From Mizuhopecten yessoensis (lineage: Eukaryota): DNA of 63,629 nt. The DNA lies in the NCBI RefSeq assembly GCF_002113885.1, contig NW_018404512.1:1000242-1063870 (forward strand). The letters are read 5' to 3'. Below are positions 1 through 12,990 of the stretch, piece by piece. The notes below the pieces were generated by a model. The model was not told where the DNA came from and did no database searches. It saw only the letters and a list, made by a program, of their open reading frames with translations. Positions within the stretch are counted from its first letter, which is position 1; every line of letters starts with the position of its first letter. The translations under genes and the position numbers were made by a program.

Positions 1-298
1 TTACATGTATGGCTTGATATGTCACACCAAAGCATTAACACAATACATCTAGGGCTTTATGTGTCACACCAAAGCATTAACACAGTACATGTATGGCTTG
101 ATATGTCACACCAGAGCATTAACACAATACATCTAGGGCTTTACGTGTCACACCAAAGCATTAACACAATACATCTAGGGCTTTATGTGTCACACCAAAG
201 CATTAACACAATACATGCATGGCTTTATATTTCACACCCAAGCATTAACACAATACATGTATGGCTTTATTTGTCACACCCAAGCATTAACACATTAC
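1..298. repeat. 42-bp tandem minisatellite (about 7 copies, runs off the left edge)
   Basis: Unit gtcacaccaaagcattaacacaatacatctagggctttatgt recurs every 42 nt. ORF 19..372 is its 14-aa periodic translation. Confidence 0.95.
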
Positions 299-3200
299 AT
301 GTCCGAGTTACTTACTCACTACATGATTATCTCGGCAAAATTATCTCGGAATTTGCAGTCATAAATCGATAAGATATAGACACTAGTTGATGCAAACTTA
401 GAAATTGACAACATCTTTTCAGATTATGTCGACATATGTTACTTGTAAGTCGAAAGTTGATGGGGGAACAATGCCACCATATTTATCTTATTTCTAATCA
501 TATTCCTAAAAAATACTACCTAGTTTATCATATGCATCAGTAAATAACCGTCATGCAATCAAAGCAAAGTAAGAGAAGATCGTGCGAATTAACATTGACC
601 GAATGCAAACCGATATTGAATAAAAAATACATTGGTCAAAAGTCAATCCAAAATTAACTCTTCAAAATGAGCATTCGCTAAACATTATGACTTAGAAAAA
701 AACATCCAGCAAATTTAAAATTGTGACAGAAAAAGACCGATCACAATGTCAGGGCACCAGTATCGTTACTGACACAGCGGCTTAGCTTTGTACTAATAGA
801 AAAGTAACATTGCACTTACAATGTCTATTTAGTTATGAATCCATGACTATCAATGTTGTTTTCTAGTTATTATGGACACCAGGCTGCCTGGACGTGACAA
901 TAATCATTTTTTTTGCTTAAAAATCTTCTTTGAATATCAAAGCTGCAAAGTTAAAACACTTATTGTTTATTTTTATATTCGTGTAACAACGTTTTCGACA
1001 GGTACTTATTTTACCGACAATGATCAGAGCTACACGGAGGACGACTTTTTCAAATATTGTTTTCTTCGACAATCTACCAATCTGTGCCAGAAATAAATGT
1101 CCTCTGCTGGACATTGGAAGAACGCCGCATACGCACTGGATACCAACTTGTCATATCATTAATTATCCATAAATAATGTACGTGATATCATCATTACATC
1201 GACGTTGAATTGTGTGTGATCCAGTTATCTGTGCACTTACCATTCACTTTGTGTCGTATTCCGGGATATCAGTCGATGGAGTAATCTCCTACCTGATTAA
1301 GAGAATCAGGGTAAGCCTATTAAAGCATGACTTACGTGCAATCTCCACCGGTACGACCTATTGTCACAAGTTCTAAAGCTTGCAGAGCTACCATAGTTGA
1401 ATACGTCGGTAATTCGAATTGATTTTGTATAATGAAGTTTTGCAAAGGCATGGGAATAAAGCTTTCCTGTTCGTACATAGTTCCTTGCTTCCAAAAAGTT
1501 TAACTTTAAAATATTAGAAGAAAGCAAAAAACAGATGAAAATCTTCAAAAAAAGAAATATTTCTCAATATGTGTAATTCATTGCAAAAGTGTAGAACCCG
1601 CTATCATTCTATAAGTATAATAGCAGCGCGTTAACACACGAAATAAGGAAAGCCTTCACATAATATGTACTTCCAAATCTTTATTTTATTTTGGGGGGGG
1701 GGGGTTTAGAAAAAAGAAAAAAGTTAGTTAGAAAGTGGTTTAAAAAAATGCTTATGTAAGAAGTAACGCGTAAAATCCTATACAGACAACAGGCAAGAGC
1801 TGAAATAATAAATAATTTGATATGATAATAAGATTCATTAACACATTAAAATCAATTTTAAACAAGACAAAGCAAAGAGCGAAAAGCAAACCCAACAAAC
1901 AACGACAGAATAAAGATTGATAAGCTCGGAGCAAGCACTGTAAATAAACTGGGAAAGAAATATGACCTCCTGATTTGTCAAGAAATTACTTGAAACCACA
2001 AAGATTGTGTAAAGAGCGATAACTCCAAAACATCAACGTATATTTCTTATCACACGAGAGCAATGATATTTAACCCATCTTATATTTTGCAGGGAGCCAA
2101 AGAGGAACAGAATAGTAAGTTACTTTTTTCTCCTTTTGTTATTTGATATTCATTTGTTTGAATCAACACAATATACGAACTAATTTAGGCTTTTCCAAAA
2201 CATCATTATTGCTTGAATCATACATATCATAATGTAGGGACTATTTAGTCAAACAATGACTGGAGAAACATATATTTCGTAGTTAGAAAGCCACTTCAAT
2301 ATATGGTTTTATAGTTAGATAATTCTTCGTTACTAATTACCAACACCAAGAAAACATCGTCAGTTTTTGAATTCTCGACATGAATCTTCATAAGGAGTAT
2401 CAAATTATGTTATCATGAACATTTTTATGACAAGGTTATAAAAACAAAATGCTAAAAGTTACCAAATTGTCCCTTTAATGTTTGACGTCTGCATCTCACT
2501 GCAAAGACTCACATATCCATTTGTTGGTTCAATAATTAAAGAAAAGATCAATATCTTAAAAGTCGTCTGAAATATATACACAATACAGCTTGTCGTGCAG
2601 TGAGGCGACTACCATAGCAAACAGGGAAGTGTAAGAGTTCTACATTCCTCTCCTTTTTTACTGATCGTGATTCTAACAGAGTGCACCGTCCACTGACTAG
2701 GGTACGTTGGACATTATGCTAGTATCAATAAGGAAGTCTTGTATCTATCCTACTGATTTGTTTAGCATTTGTTTCTAAAGATTATCATTATTGACTAATT
2801 TGCATAGAAGTGTTAAACTTCTAATTGGATTTTTGCTAAAATCTGATTCAGCCATTTCTTCTAAGGATAAAAATGCATTGCTATTCATATCCTATCATCA
2901 AGTTTTCAGAGTAGTATAGCCAAAGACAACTCAAAAAGCTGAAATGACCTTTTCAAAGTTTTACACTAATCAAACGTAAGTGAGTTCGCATTTGCAAACT
3001 GATATTAAAATGTTCTGTTTCAATACTAGAATAAAACCTAATGAACGATAAACATCGCTATTCTAGCCTAACACTTTACCACAAGATAGTCTTAAGTGCG
3101 CTTATAATAAACTAATTATTACTTTGTACTTAAATTATCTATTCAATGTACAAGAAAATGCAGAAAAGCTGTTGGACACCAACTATTTTGATTAAAATTA

Positions 3201-3307
3201 CTTACTAAAAGTAAAAAAAAACTATTACTAATACTTTATTTCTGAAGGGTTACAAGAACACATATAAACGTTAATAAATGGTCAATTCATAATTAAATAT
3301 ACTTCTA

Positions 3308-3975
3308 TTATGTAAAGATCTTATACACAACCAATACAATTTTCTACGTGACGTTGTTTTATATTTGTTGTTTTCGTCGTATATTGGAGAGACTGGAAGA
3401 CGATTTGGGGTCCGCCTTGGTGAACACCGGAAAAATACAGAAACCCAAGAAGGTAGGAAATTCACGCGATCTGAAAGGAAACAGTCGGGAGTCCCAGATG
3501 AATAAATCGGCCATCACAGACCATGGTACACAGAAAAACCATGTGATTGACTGGGAAAACTCAAAAGTTTTGGACAGAGAAAGAACAATCTATTCAAGCG
3601 GCAGATAAAGGAAGCCATCTGGATACGCCGCTGTGGGCCAGTTCTAAATAGAGACGAGGGAGCTCAAAGACTCTCGCACATCTATGACCAAGTGTTAAGA
3701 AAGCTTAGCTGGATTGAGTCATTTCGGTACATTTATAACAACTATTGTACATACGTTTCCAGCGTAGCCGAAATCGACATCGATTCTATGGACAACTCGT
3801 ACACATTTTACATCTTTATTTTGCATTCGCTTCATTAACCGGTCATTTGTCTGATTAAGGTGACAGTGTACATATCGTACTAGTCATCGAAACATCACAT
3901 ATAAAAATGAATTGGTTGTATAAAAAGAGCTCCTCATAAGCCATACTTACCAACCTGAAGAAAATGTTTAGAAAT
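3308..3975 (+). mobile_element. 5'-truncated Penelope-like retroelement (GIY-YIG C-terminus, 3' pLTR, short inverted pLTR copy at the 5' end)
   Basis: From 3380, with two frameshifts: YIGETGRRFGVRLGEH...NKSAITDH...NHVIDWENSKVLDRE...KRQIKEAIWIRR...LNRDEG, typical of PLE GIY-YIG endonucleases. The reverse complement of 3318-3356 resembles 3892-3930. Confidence 0.85.
3847..3899 (+). ncRNA. Degenerate minimal hammerhead ribozyme in the Penelope pLTR
   Basis: tgt-CTGATtA-a-ggtgac...gtcatc-GAAAC-aTC-aca: stem I tgt/aca, stem II ggtgac/gtcatc, two core substitutions relative to CUGAUGA...GAAACGUC. Confidence 0.6.
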
Positions 3976-4209
3976 AAATATAATTCTGTAACAAAATAGC
4001 ATGAAAAATAAATCATAAAGACATTGTTTGTCTGTTGTCAAAATGTTTGCACATTTTTAGTAGGGTTATTCATCCTCAGATATACATGCTTTCATTACAA
4101 TTTTACTAATGATTCAATTTCTTTTTTTTCCAACAAAAATAGCACAAATCAATAAAAAGTTTTATTAATTAAATTTACCAATTTGTAACGGAAGATCGTA
4201 TGTCTAAAC

Positions 4210-4690
4210 ACAACATAATTACATTACTTATCCTATCTATAAATGCTCAGGGTACTTGTAAGCCTATTTCCATAAAGAAGGTGGATAACTTGTATCATCA
4301 ATCGTTAATCATTCTATCATACATCATCAGTTCTTCACGAGTGTACACTATTTTATACACAAAGGATTTTCATAATAATTTACTAGGAAAACAGCGTCTG
4401 AAACATACGTTAGCACATAATCAGATAGATCATATTTTTTTTAAGTATTCTCATTATATCAGGAATAGAACCGCCTTGATAAAAATCAATCGATTCATAA
4501 GAAGGCGTTTCAGAAATACTGATTGGATTAAATATTTTCTTTTCATTCCACCAAATCGACAAAGGAACAAAGGATTTCTTATATTCATGTAACCATTGAT
4601 TGATGACCATCCAATGAGTGAGTTCGCATTATCGGTTCTGAACGCTTGAGTATATTTCACGATAGAATTTTGAGTACGTCCTAGTTTAAT
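4210..4690 (-). mobile_element. Non-LTR retrotransposon ORF2 C-terminal remnant
   Basis: Frameshifted peptide ...SLIGWSSINGYMNIR..LFLCRF...VFLKRL / SIPDIMRILKKYDLSDYV...FPSKLL*KSFV resembles the post-RT region of invertebrate LINEs (from memory). Confidence 0.5.
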
Positions 4691-5521
4691 TAAAGATGTT
4701 TTAGCTTGTTGTCATACGTGTAGTTCACACACATATAAAGCAGATGGAAAAAAAGTTATGTCTTTATCATTTCGGCTAGAGTGAGAGGGTTGAGAGGTCT
4801 AGGATGAGCACCAGACCTTATAAGACCCATTGTACCACTTAATTTTCTATAAGCTGTGTCTGTGCTATCTGATGAAAAAAATATAATTCAACATAACACC
4901 AACATGTCATATTTTGAACAACTGGTAAAGCTTTTCTATATAACAACCAATCTGGTGGCAACGCTTGCTTTCTGGCGTAAATCAGGAAAAAACGTCTGTC
5001 AGCAGGAAAAAAAGTTAATTTCCTCTTACAGCTATAACTTATGTAAACTTTACCACGTCTTGTAAACCGACACTAGTATTGCTAGTAAAGATATAAGTTG
5101 GTGGAATAGGTCCGTTTCAGAGTGATCTAGGGGAAAAAAATACTATGTTATCAAACTCTTCTGATTTCAACTCAGCAATGTCTCTAATATGACAGAAAAA
5201 AAGTCCTGAAAGATTCCCTTTGGGGAAAAAAATTGAGCCGATTTTAAAATTTGGCCTTTTTTTCACCTTTTTTCGTCAAAAATGAAGAACGAGAATATAT
5301 CGGTTATATGAAAGAAAGTTCAGATTTGGGATATTTTCTTTGATATAAGAGTGCTGCAAATATGTAATTCATTACACATAACTCTATATCCTACTTTGAC
5401 AAAATTATTTGACTCTGGTATTGGCATCATATTTCAAAATCCAAGATGGCTGACAATATCCGGATAAAACAAACAAAAAACATGGTACGAGCCCACTTCG
5501 GCCTGGTAGAGGTATGCTATT

Positions 5522-5681
5522 TAAGGATTAACTTGAATATAGTTTTCATGATATGGAGATATAACACAAAAAAACCCGGAATCTACTCTAAATAAACCGC
5601 GAAGCGGTTGATGAAGGGAGTACACTCCGTTTTTTTTGTTACAGCTCCATAGCATAAAAAATATATTCAAGTTAATCCTTA
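5522..5681. repeat. 160-bp imperfect palindrome, Crypton-type terminal hairpin or MITE
   Basis: taaggattaacttgaatata ... tatattcaagttaatcctta with ccGCGAAGCgg at the centre (5599-5605). Same architecture as 47751-47891 and 52128-52296. Confidence 0.7.
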
Positions 5682-5759
5682 TAATTTAATCTACTTTACA
5701 CAATCCCTTTGGAAATCCACTTTTCTTGATTATAACAAAATGACCTGGAATAGCATGGC

Positions 5760-6128
5760 AGAAAGAACTCCATTAGAATAGTTGGCCTGTAGGATAAAAA
5801 TAAGTTTGAATCTGCAGAGGAATGTGTTAACAAAATTGTGAAGTTTGTGAAGGACAAGTTGGAGCTGCATATCAGCGAGTCGGATATTGACATTGCCCAT
5901 AGGCTAGGCCCTTACCATAAAGATAAGCCAAGGAGTGTGATCTGTAAATTCACTCACCGCAGAAGAAAGATCGAAGTGATCAAGAACAGGAAAGCACTCA
6001 GGGGATCAGGATGTATCATAACAGAAGACCTAACTCGAGCCAACCAGCAAAAACTGAAAGAGGTTTTTTATCTTGGATGTTTTGAAAAGACATGGAGTAT
6101 TGATGGCATATATGTACATATTGATTGA
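5760..6128 (+). pseudogene. LINE ORF1 fragment (L1/CR1-type RRM-CTD region)
   Basis: SESDIDIAHRLG...KPRSVICKF...RKALRGSG..ITEDLT...TWSIDG motifs are characteristic of L1-type ORF1p. It may belong to the ORF2 at 7877. Confidence 0.8.
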
Positions 6129-6714
6129 ACAGATATAGAATGACATGTGACTTCAATATAATATATATGTAATAGGGCATGTGTCATATCTTATTGTTTA
6201 TTTGATGTGTTGTTACAAGGTTGGGGATCATATCCTCGTTTTTTTGCTTACAAAGCAGATGTAAAAAAAAACACGTTTGGTTGTATCTATTAGGTATAAA
6301 TATACTCCACAAATATAGCTGTATGTATACATATAATTTGTTAGAGAGCTGGCAAAATGTGTTCCCAATTATATTAACTAGTAAACGTACATGTATGTGC
6401 TGCGGTATATTGTATAAATGCTAGAATGGAAGACCGGAAGTAATATATATGCTCACAGATTTAGATACATACATGTCCTCCTATGTTGTCTAGGAAACGC
6501 TGGATGAATTTAAAAAGTAAAAATATAGGCTCCCATAGTATGTATTGGAGAGCATCTGTATAACAGGCCTACTTTATTACTGGATAAATGTAAAAATATA
6601 AGAAAACATGTCTATGCAGATTACACATGTTTTTTTGTAAGTAGCATGCGATGCAAGTATAGGAAGGCTCAATATAAAAAGTGAGAATATATATATATCA
6701 GCAAGTGAAGGTAT

Positions 6715-6717
<3 letters not shown>

Positions 6718-6751
<34 letters not shown>
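6718..6751. repeat. (TA)n microsatellite
   Basis: About 17 TA units. Confidence 0.95.
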
Positions 6752-6754
<3 letters not shown>

Positions 6755-7466
6755 CTGCAAGTTTATATTTTACAAATATAAAAAGTGAAAAAATATTTTC
6801 CAATATTCATAAAAAAGTAAAGATACTATTATGTGTCCACAAGTAAAAGTCCACGTGCACAAAAGTGTTACAAGTATTTCATGGATAAATACAAAAAGTG
6901 AAAGCTTGTTTAATTGTACACATATTATGTGTTGTCAGTTATTACACTGGAATACATGTACAGGTAACACATATATGCATTGCTATTTTTTGCTTGACCA
7001 ACTTGCCATAGTAATATAAACTTGTATGTATTCTATTGTCATCTATGACATGTCAGTTTAAGGTTATAACTTGAGTAAAGGTAATGTCCACAAGACGACA
7101 GTTTTGTCTCTGAGCACTTGTAGAATACTTACACTTTTTATATGTATGAAAAACAAAATTAAATTATGAAATAATGAAATGGTTGTGATGTTGGAGAATA
7201 ACCACTATGGTATATTTTTTAGCCTTATATTAGTCATTGATTAGATGGTTTGTCTTTACTTTGATGTCCGGAATTAAAAAAAAAAAAAAATTGCAGCCGC
7301 ATATAATTTCAGGCCTCTGTCATGGGATTTAAGTATAATGTGTAGGTGCACGTGGCTAGTGGAGGGAAGTCGTCCGGCACTGGTATAACTTTTTTTTACT
7401 TTGCAAGAGTTTTTTGCCCGGAACCCGTCTTTGTTTTTAGATTATACCAAATATCCGGTCACGACA

Positions 7467-7653
7467 ATTCCGTCTTTGCGTATTGCAGTGTTATCTTTTC
7501 TTGGGAGCAGGTATTGATTGTTACGTCACTTGTTTGTGAGAGTAACGTCACAATTTTTGAGAAAACGACGTAATTTTCTCACACAGACCAATGACGTAAC
7601 AATCAATACCTGCCCACAAGAGAAGATAACTCTGCAATACGCAAAGACGGAAT
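7467..7653. mobile_element. 187-bp palindromic MITE-like element
   Basis: attccgtctttgcgtattgcag...ggtattgattgttacgtca pairs with tgacgtaacaatcaatacc...ctgcaatacgcaaagacggaat; arms about 80 bp. Confidence 0.75.
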
Positions 7654-7876
7654 AAAATCCGGTGATGAGAACGATGTGAAGGATTTTTAGTGTTAGTGTG
7701 TATGGTTGACAGTGCGTCCGTCCCCGTTTTTTGACTTTATATTAATGTATGTTTATATTATCTTCTTCCTATCACTCAATCTGTTCTTTCCTTTTACTTT
7801 CTTTTTCTTTGTGTCTTTATGGTGACATAGCACTGACAAGGTGACATATTCACATTTGATTTTTTATGTACATATC

Positions 7877-10800
7877 ATGGAAGAAATTAAGATACTAACA
7901 GCAAACTGCCAGGGCCTGTGTGATAAGGGAAAACGTAAAGATGTATTTTCATATTTAAGAAATAAGAATTATAAGATATACCGTATTCTGGACACACATT
8001 TTACTGTTGAAATATCATAAGGTCAGAATATCATAAGGTCAGAATGTTCCTGTCATTTCAGTTCATTAAGATCAAATTCAAGAGGGGTTGCAATTTTAAA
8101 TAATAATAATTTTGAAGGTGAGGCATGAAAAGAAAGATACAGAAGGGAACTTTATTGCTTTAGATATATTAATAGGAGAAACAGAGGTAACTTTAATAAC
8201 ACTATATGGTCCAAATATAGATAGGCAACACTTTTATGAACAAATAGTAGATGCTATTAATGAGTATAACAATGAATATTTTATTGTATGTGGTGATTTT
8301 AGTTTGGTTCTGAATCCTGATTTAGACGAAGATCAAAATTATAGATATATAAATAATCCAAAGGCTAGGGATAAGATAATCGAATTAATGGAACAACTAG
8401 ATATGATAGACATTTTTAGAGATCAACACCCAAAAATAAGGAGGTACACATGGAGAAAAACTAACCCTATAAAACAAGCTCGTCTTGATTTTTTTTTGAT
8501 ATCTGACAATTTGGTAAGAAATGTACAAAAATGTAACATAGAGACTGGCTATCGATCAGATCATTCCTTACCTTCTATATCATTTAAGTTTAATGAATTC
8601 AAAAAAGGAAAGGGTCTTTGGAAATTTAACAATTCATTATTGCACGACTTAGAATATCTTAATATAATAAATAAGCTTATTTTTGAAGTTAAATTACAGT
8701 ACGCTCTTCCTGTTTACAATTTTGAGAATCTAAATATTATCTCTGACAATGATATTCAATTTCATATTAATGATCAACTTTTTTTAGAGACATTATTATT
8801 TGAAATTAGGGGCAAAACAATATCATATTCATCTTACAAGAAAAAACAGCAAAATATACAAGAGAAGAATCTTATTGAAGCACTTAGTTCTCTAGAAGCC
8901 CATGGCAGTATAGATTTTAATCAAGTAGAAGAAAAAAAGAAGGAATTAGAAAGAATTAGGCAACATAAAATGAAGGGAAATATCATTCGATCAAAAGCTA
9001 AATGGGTTAAAGAGGAAGATTTTTTTTTTTTTCAATTTAGAAAATAGAAATTTTACTTCGAAAATTATTCGAATGTTAGAAAAAGGAAATGGGGAAATTA
9101 TTAGAAAACAGGAAGATATTTTAAATGGAGTTAAATTATTTTTTGAACATTTATATTCAAGTAAAAGTAATATTGAAGATGTTAATCTAGATGCATTTTT
9201 AAATAGCTAACAATAATGTTCCGAAACTAGATAAAACAGAATCATCATTATTAGAGGGTAGCATTTCATTAGACGAAGCCTCAAATACTTTTAAAAATAT
9301 GAAAAATGATAAAAATCCTGGGTCAGATGGTTTTACAGCTGAATGTTTTAAATGTTTCTGGGGGAAATTAGGTAATTTTATAATAAGGTCTATCCATTAC
9401 GGATTTATGAATGGAAAATTATCTATAACTCAAAGACAGGGTATGATTACATGTCTACCCAAGGGAAACAAACCCAGGCAGTTTTTAAAAAATTGGAGGC
9501 CAAATTCATTACTAAACATAATATATAAAATAGCATCTGGTTCAATAGCAGGTAGAATAAAAACAGTTTTAGATAAATTAATAAATAGGGATCAGACTGG
9601 TTTTATTGCAGGGAGGTATATAGGGGAAAATACAAGGCTAATTTATGATATCATGCAGTATGCAGAAGAAAATAAAATTCCTGGTATGCTTTTAATAACT
9701 CTGTTCGTTGGGATCTTATAAACACAGTTTTTTTTTTTTTTTTTAATTTTGGGAATGATATATGTAGGTGGATATTTTTTTACATACTACTGCTATCTCT
9801 TCTATTAATCAGAAGGAAAACTTTCAAGTTTTCTGAAATAAAGAGGGACTGTCGGCAGGGCGATCCAATCGCACCTTATATATTTATTCTATGTGTAGAA
9901 GTACTTGCTATAAGAGTTTTAATGTAGATAATGTTCCTATTTTATTATCTCAGTATGCAGATGATACTTCAGTTATATTAGATGGTACAAAAAGAACTAT
10001 GAAAGAATCATTTAAAGAATTAAACAGTTTTGCAAAACATTTCTGGATTAAAAGTAAATAAAAATAAAACACAGGTTGTTTGGATTTGCAGTAAAAAAAT
10101 ATAGTAATGATACTTACTTTCCAGAGTGGAACTTACAATGGGGAATTACAAAATTCACAGTTTTAGGCATTCAATTTAATGTGGACTTGCACCAAATTCC
10201 AAAACTTAACTATGATAAAAAAATAGTAAAGCTCAAGGCATTAGTTAAAATATGGAATAGAAGGATTTTAACACCACAAGGAAAAATTAATATTATAAAG
10301 TTTCTTCTTATATCACAGTTTAATCATCTTTTTATTTCTTTACCAAATCCAGAAGAATGCTTTATTAAAAAACTGAATATTGAACTTTATTTTATGGAAC
10401 AGCAAATCAGAGAAAATGAAAAGAGACATTGTAATTAAGAATTATCTGGAAGGGGGACTCAAAATGTTACATTTACAATCGTTTTAGAATCTTTAAAATT
10501 AACCTGGATTAGGAGACTATATACAATAGAAGGAAAGTGGCATGTTTTTTTTTAAGTTATATGGAAATAGAAATATTATAGCTAATTGTGGTATTGATTA
10601 TATGCTAAAATGCCAGAAAAGTTGTACAAATTTATTTTGGAAAGATGTGCTATTAAGTTGGTGCAAGCGAGCTGAAAAAGGTGTAAATTTTGGAAACAAA
10701 ATGGCAAATATTCTCAAATCACTCATTATGTATAATAAATCAATAAAAATACAAAACAAAAGTATATTTTATAGGGAATGGTATAGGAAAGGGGTAACAA

Positions 10801-12100
10801 TAGTTTATGACTTAATTAAAGAAAGAAGAAATAAATTGTTTAACAGCCATCAAGAGTTTTCAGAGAAATTTGACATTCATACGAATTTTCTCACTTATCA
10901 AGGTGTCATTTATTCCATAAAGAAATCCATTTCACATGAGGATGTTTCTAATTTGAGTGTAGATTATCCATATATCCCAATTAATTTGGATTTTTTTCTC
11001 AAACACAAAAAAGGAACTAAAGACTTTTACCATGTTCTATGCCAAAATAATACAATATCTACCGGTAGAAAGAAGTGGGAGGAAATATTTGAATTTAACA
11101 CAGAGATATGGAAGAAAATCTATACCATTCCCTTCAAAATTAGTAAAAACACAAAACTTCAGTGGCTTCAATTTAGAATCAATCAACAGATTTTAACTAC
11201 TAATTCATATCTTTATAAAATAGGTCTTGTTAATAGTCCATATTCTTTTCATTGTAAAACTTACACAGAAACTAAAGTTCATGCATTAAGGGAATGTAAA
11301 GAAGTACAAGTGTTTTTAACAGATTTTGAATCATTGCTAGATGTGTAATTAATTCCATTTGCTTTTAATAAAGAATCTTTCATCTTTGTTTTTTATCATA
11401 GAAAAAACAATGTTTATAAATTAGTACTTCTTATCATTAAACTATATATTTATAAAGCCAGATGTCTGCAAACTGGTCTATCAGTTTTAGCTTTGAAAAA
11501 CTTAATTAAAGATATTTACAATACTCGAAAATACATTGCTGTAGATAATGGTGAAAATTATCTCAATAATTCTAAAAGGGAATGGTAAAAATGGGAAAAA
11601 TTACTGCAGGTCATACAAATGAAATGTAAATTAATTATAATAATAAAGTACCAATGTAATTCCTGTTAAAGGTAGCCTATGTACAAAAATTCCCACAATA
11701 TTGAACAATAAGCCCTTGTCAAATCCTTCGACACCTCTCTAACCTTCCTTTTCTTTCTTGTCCCTCTCTTTTCATTACTCTTTTCTTTCCTATATCTTCT
11801 TCTGAAACAATACAATGGTACATAACACCTAATATCCTGGTTTCAACATGTGAAAATAGCCAAACTATTTTTTTGTTTGTTTTGTATTTGTTTGCTTCAA
11901 TGCAAACAATATTATTTTATGTATCTTGTTTCAAACTTACAAAGAAAATAATTGTTTTTCTACATTGGTACCCAAATCGATGTAATAATATAAGAATGTT
12001 AAAAAAATGTCAAGACAAACAAAAAACTTGTGTGAAAATTAAGAATGTGACACTGAAATATGATGTGTTATGTTGAATGTGCTGTTGAAAAAATTCATTT
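7877..12100 (+). mobile_element. L1/Tx1-clade LINE ORF2 (APE endonuclease, RT, zf-RVT), disrupted, plus 3' UTR
   Basis: ATG at 7877 MEEIKILTANCQGL; LYGPN, CGDF, RLDFFL, SDH (APE); GLWKFN; K.PGSDGF, KNWRP, QTGF..GR, RQGDP, QYADDT at about 9952; WLQFRI...TN..L (zf-RVT). Many stops and frameshifts. Confidence 0.93.
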
Positions 12101-12734
12101 TTTTTTTAATATATATTATAATAATAATCTATCATTAATATTGCATATATAACGTGTTATCTGATAGTGTGAAAAAAATGTTTGGGTACATACAGAGGAT
12201 ACAGTTATTAGCAGCAAGCATGCAATCCACATTAAAAAGATGGTTAAATAATTCTTTCTCCGGAGTAGCTCCTAAGCCATTTATGCACTTTTCAATACGC
12301 ATGGCAATACATCATTTAATTTAACTGAAGATGTATATTGTGTATTAAAAGCACATATAACTCTGTTGTAATTATTATCTGACATTGCAGATACAAATAT
12401 GGAATGCAGTATAACCATAATCTGTTTACAATCTGGATTCATGGAAAAAGTGGAATTTTATTGAGAATCAGCGTTTTGCAGCAAGAATCCTGGTTGGTTT
12501 TTGTTTTGTTATTAATGATTAATGATTATATGTACTACTTTTGTTGACAACATTTGTAACAATATTATAATACGCCACCATAAGCCCATTTTTGTAAAAG
12601 TATGATTTGCTGTGTCAGGACTATGTACTATATGTACCCAGGATTGGAACGGTTTCGCTAAAAAAAAAAAAGGTGTGTCTTATATAGCTCTTTCGTCTTT
12701 GTCATATACTGATGCCTTCATTTCTGTCTTTTCA

Positions 12735-12990
12735 GGACTTGATAAACAATAATGGATGGTCAGCACGTCCAAGATTGCGATTTCCCTCATGTGCCAGGTG
12801 GTCTGCAGGAGGGATGTTGTGTGATTTGCCGGGATGCTTTGGGGGATGACAAACAAAAGGTTCACAAGAAAGGACTTGATACTCTCATTCGTGTCAGTAG
12901 TCTGCGAGGGACAATAATTTGTATGAATATCTACTTAAAAAAGTCATAGTCTTCACCTATCGGAACTGTTTTTGTGCATAACCTCAAACG
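12735..12990 (+). pseudogene. Possible DNA-transposon-derived Cys-rich N-terminal coding remnant
   Basis: After a ttttcag acceptor: CCVICRDALG...VHKKGLDTLIRVSSLRG(D)...VFVH. Resembles N-termini of large invertebrate transposon proteins; family not established. Confidence 0.3.

Noticed and set aside
19-372. His-rich 14-aa repeat ORF
   Set aside because: Translation of the 42-bp minisatellite; no independent coding evidence.
4410-4610. NMIYLIMC as a GIY-YIG start motif
   Set aside because: No YIG/YVG follows, and a shifted frame fits a LINE C-terminus better.
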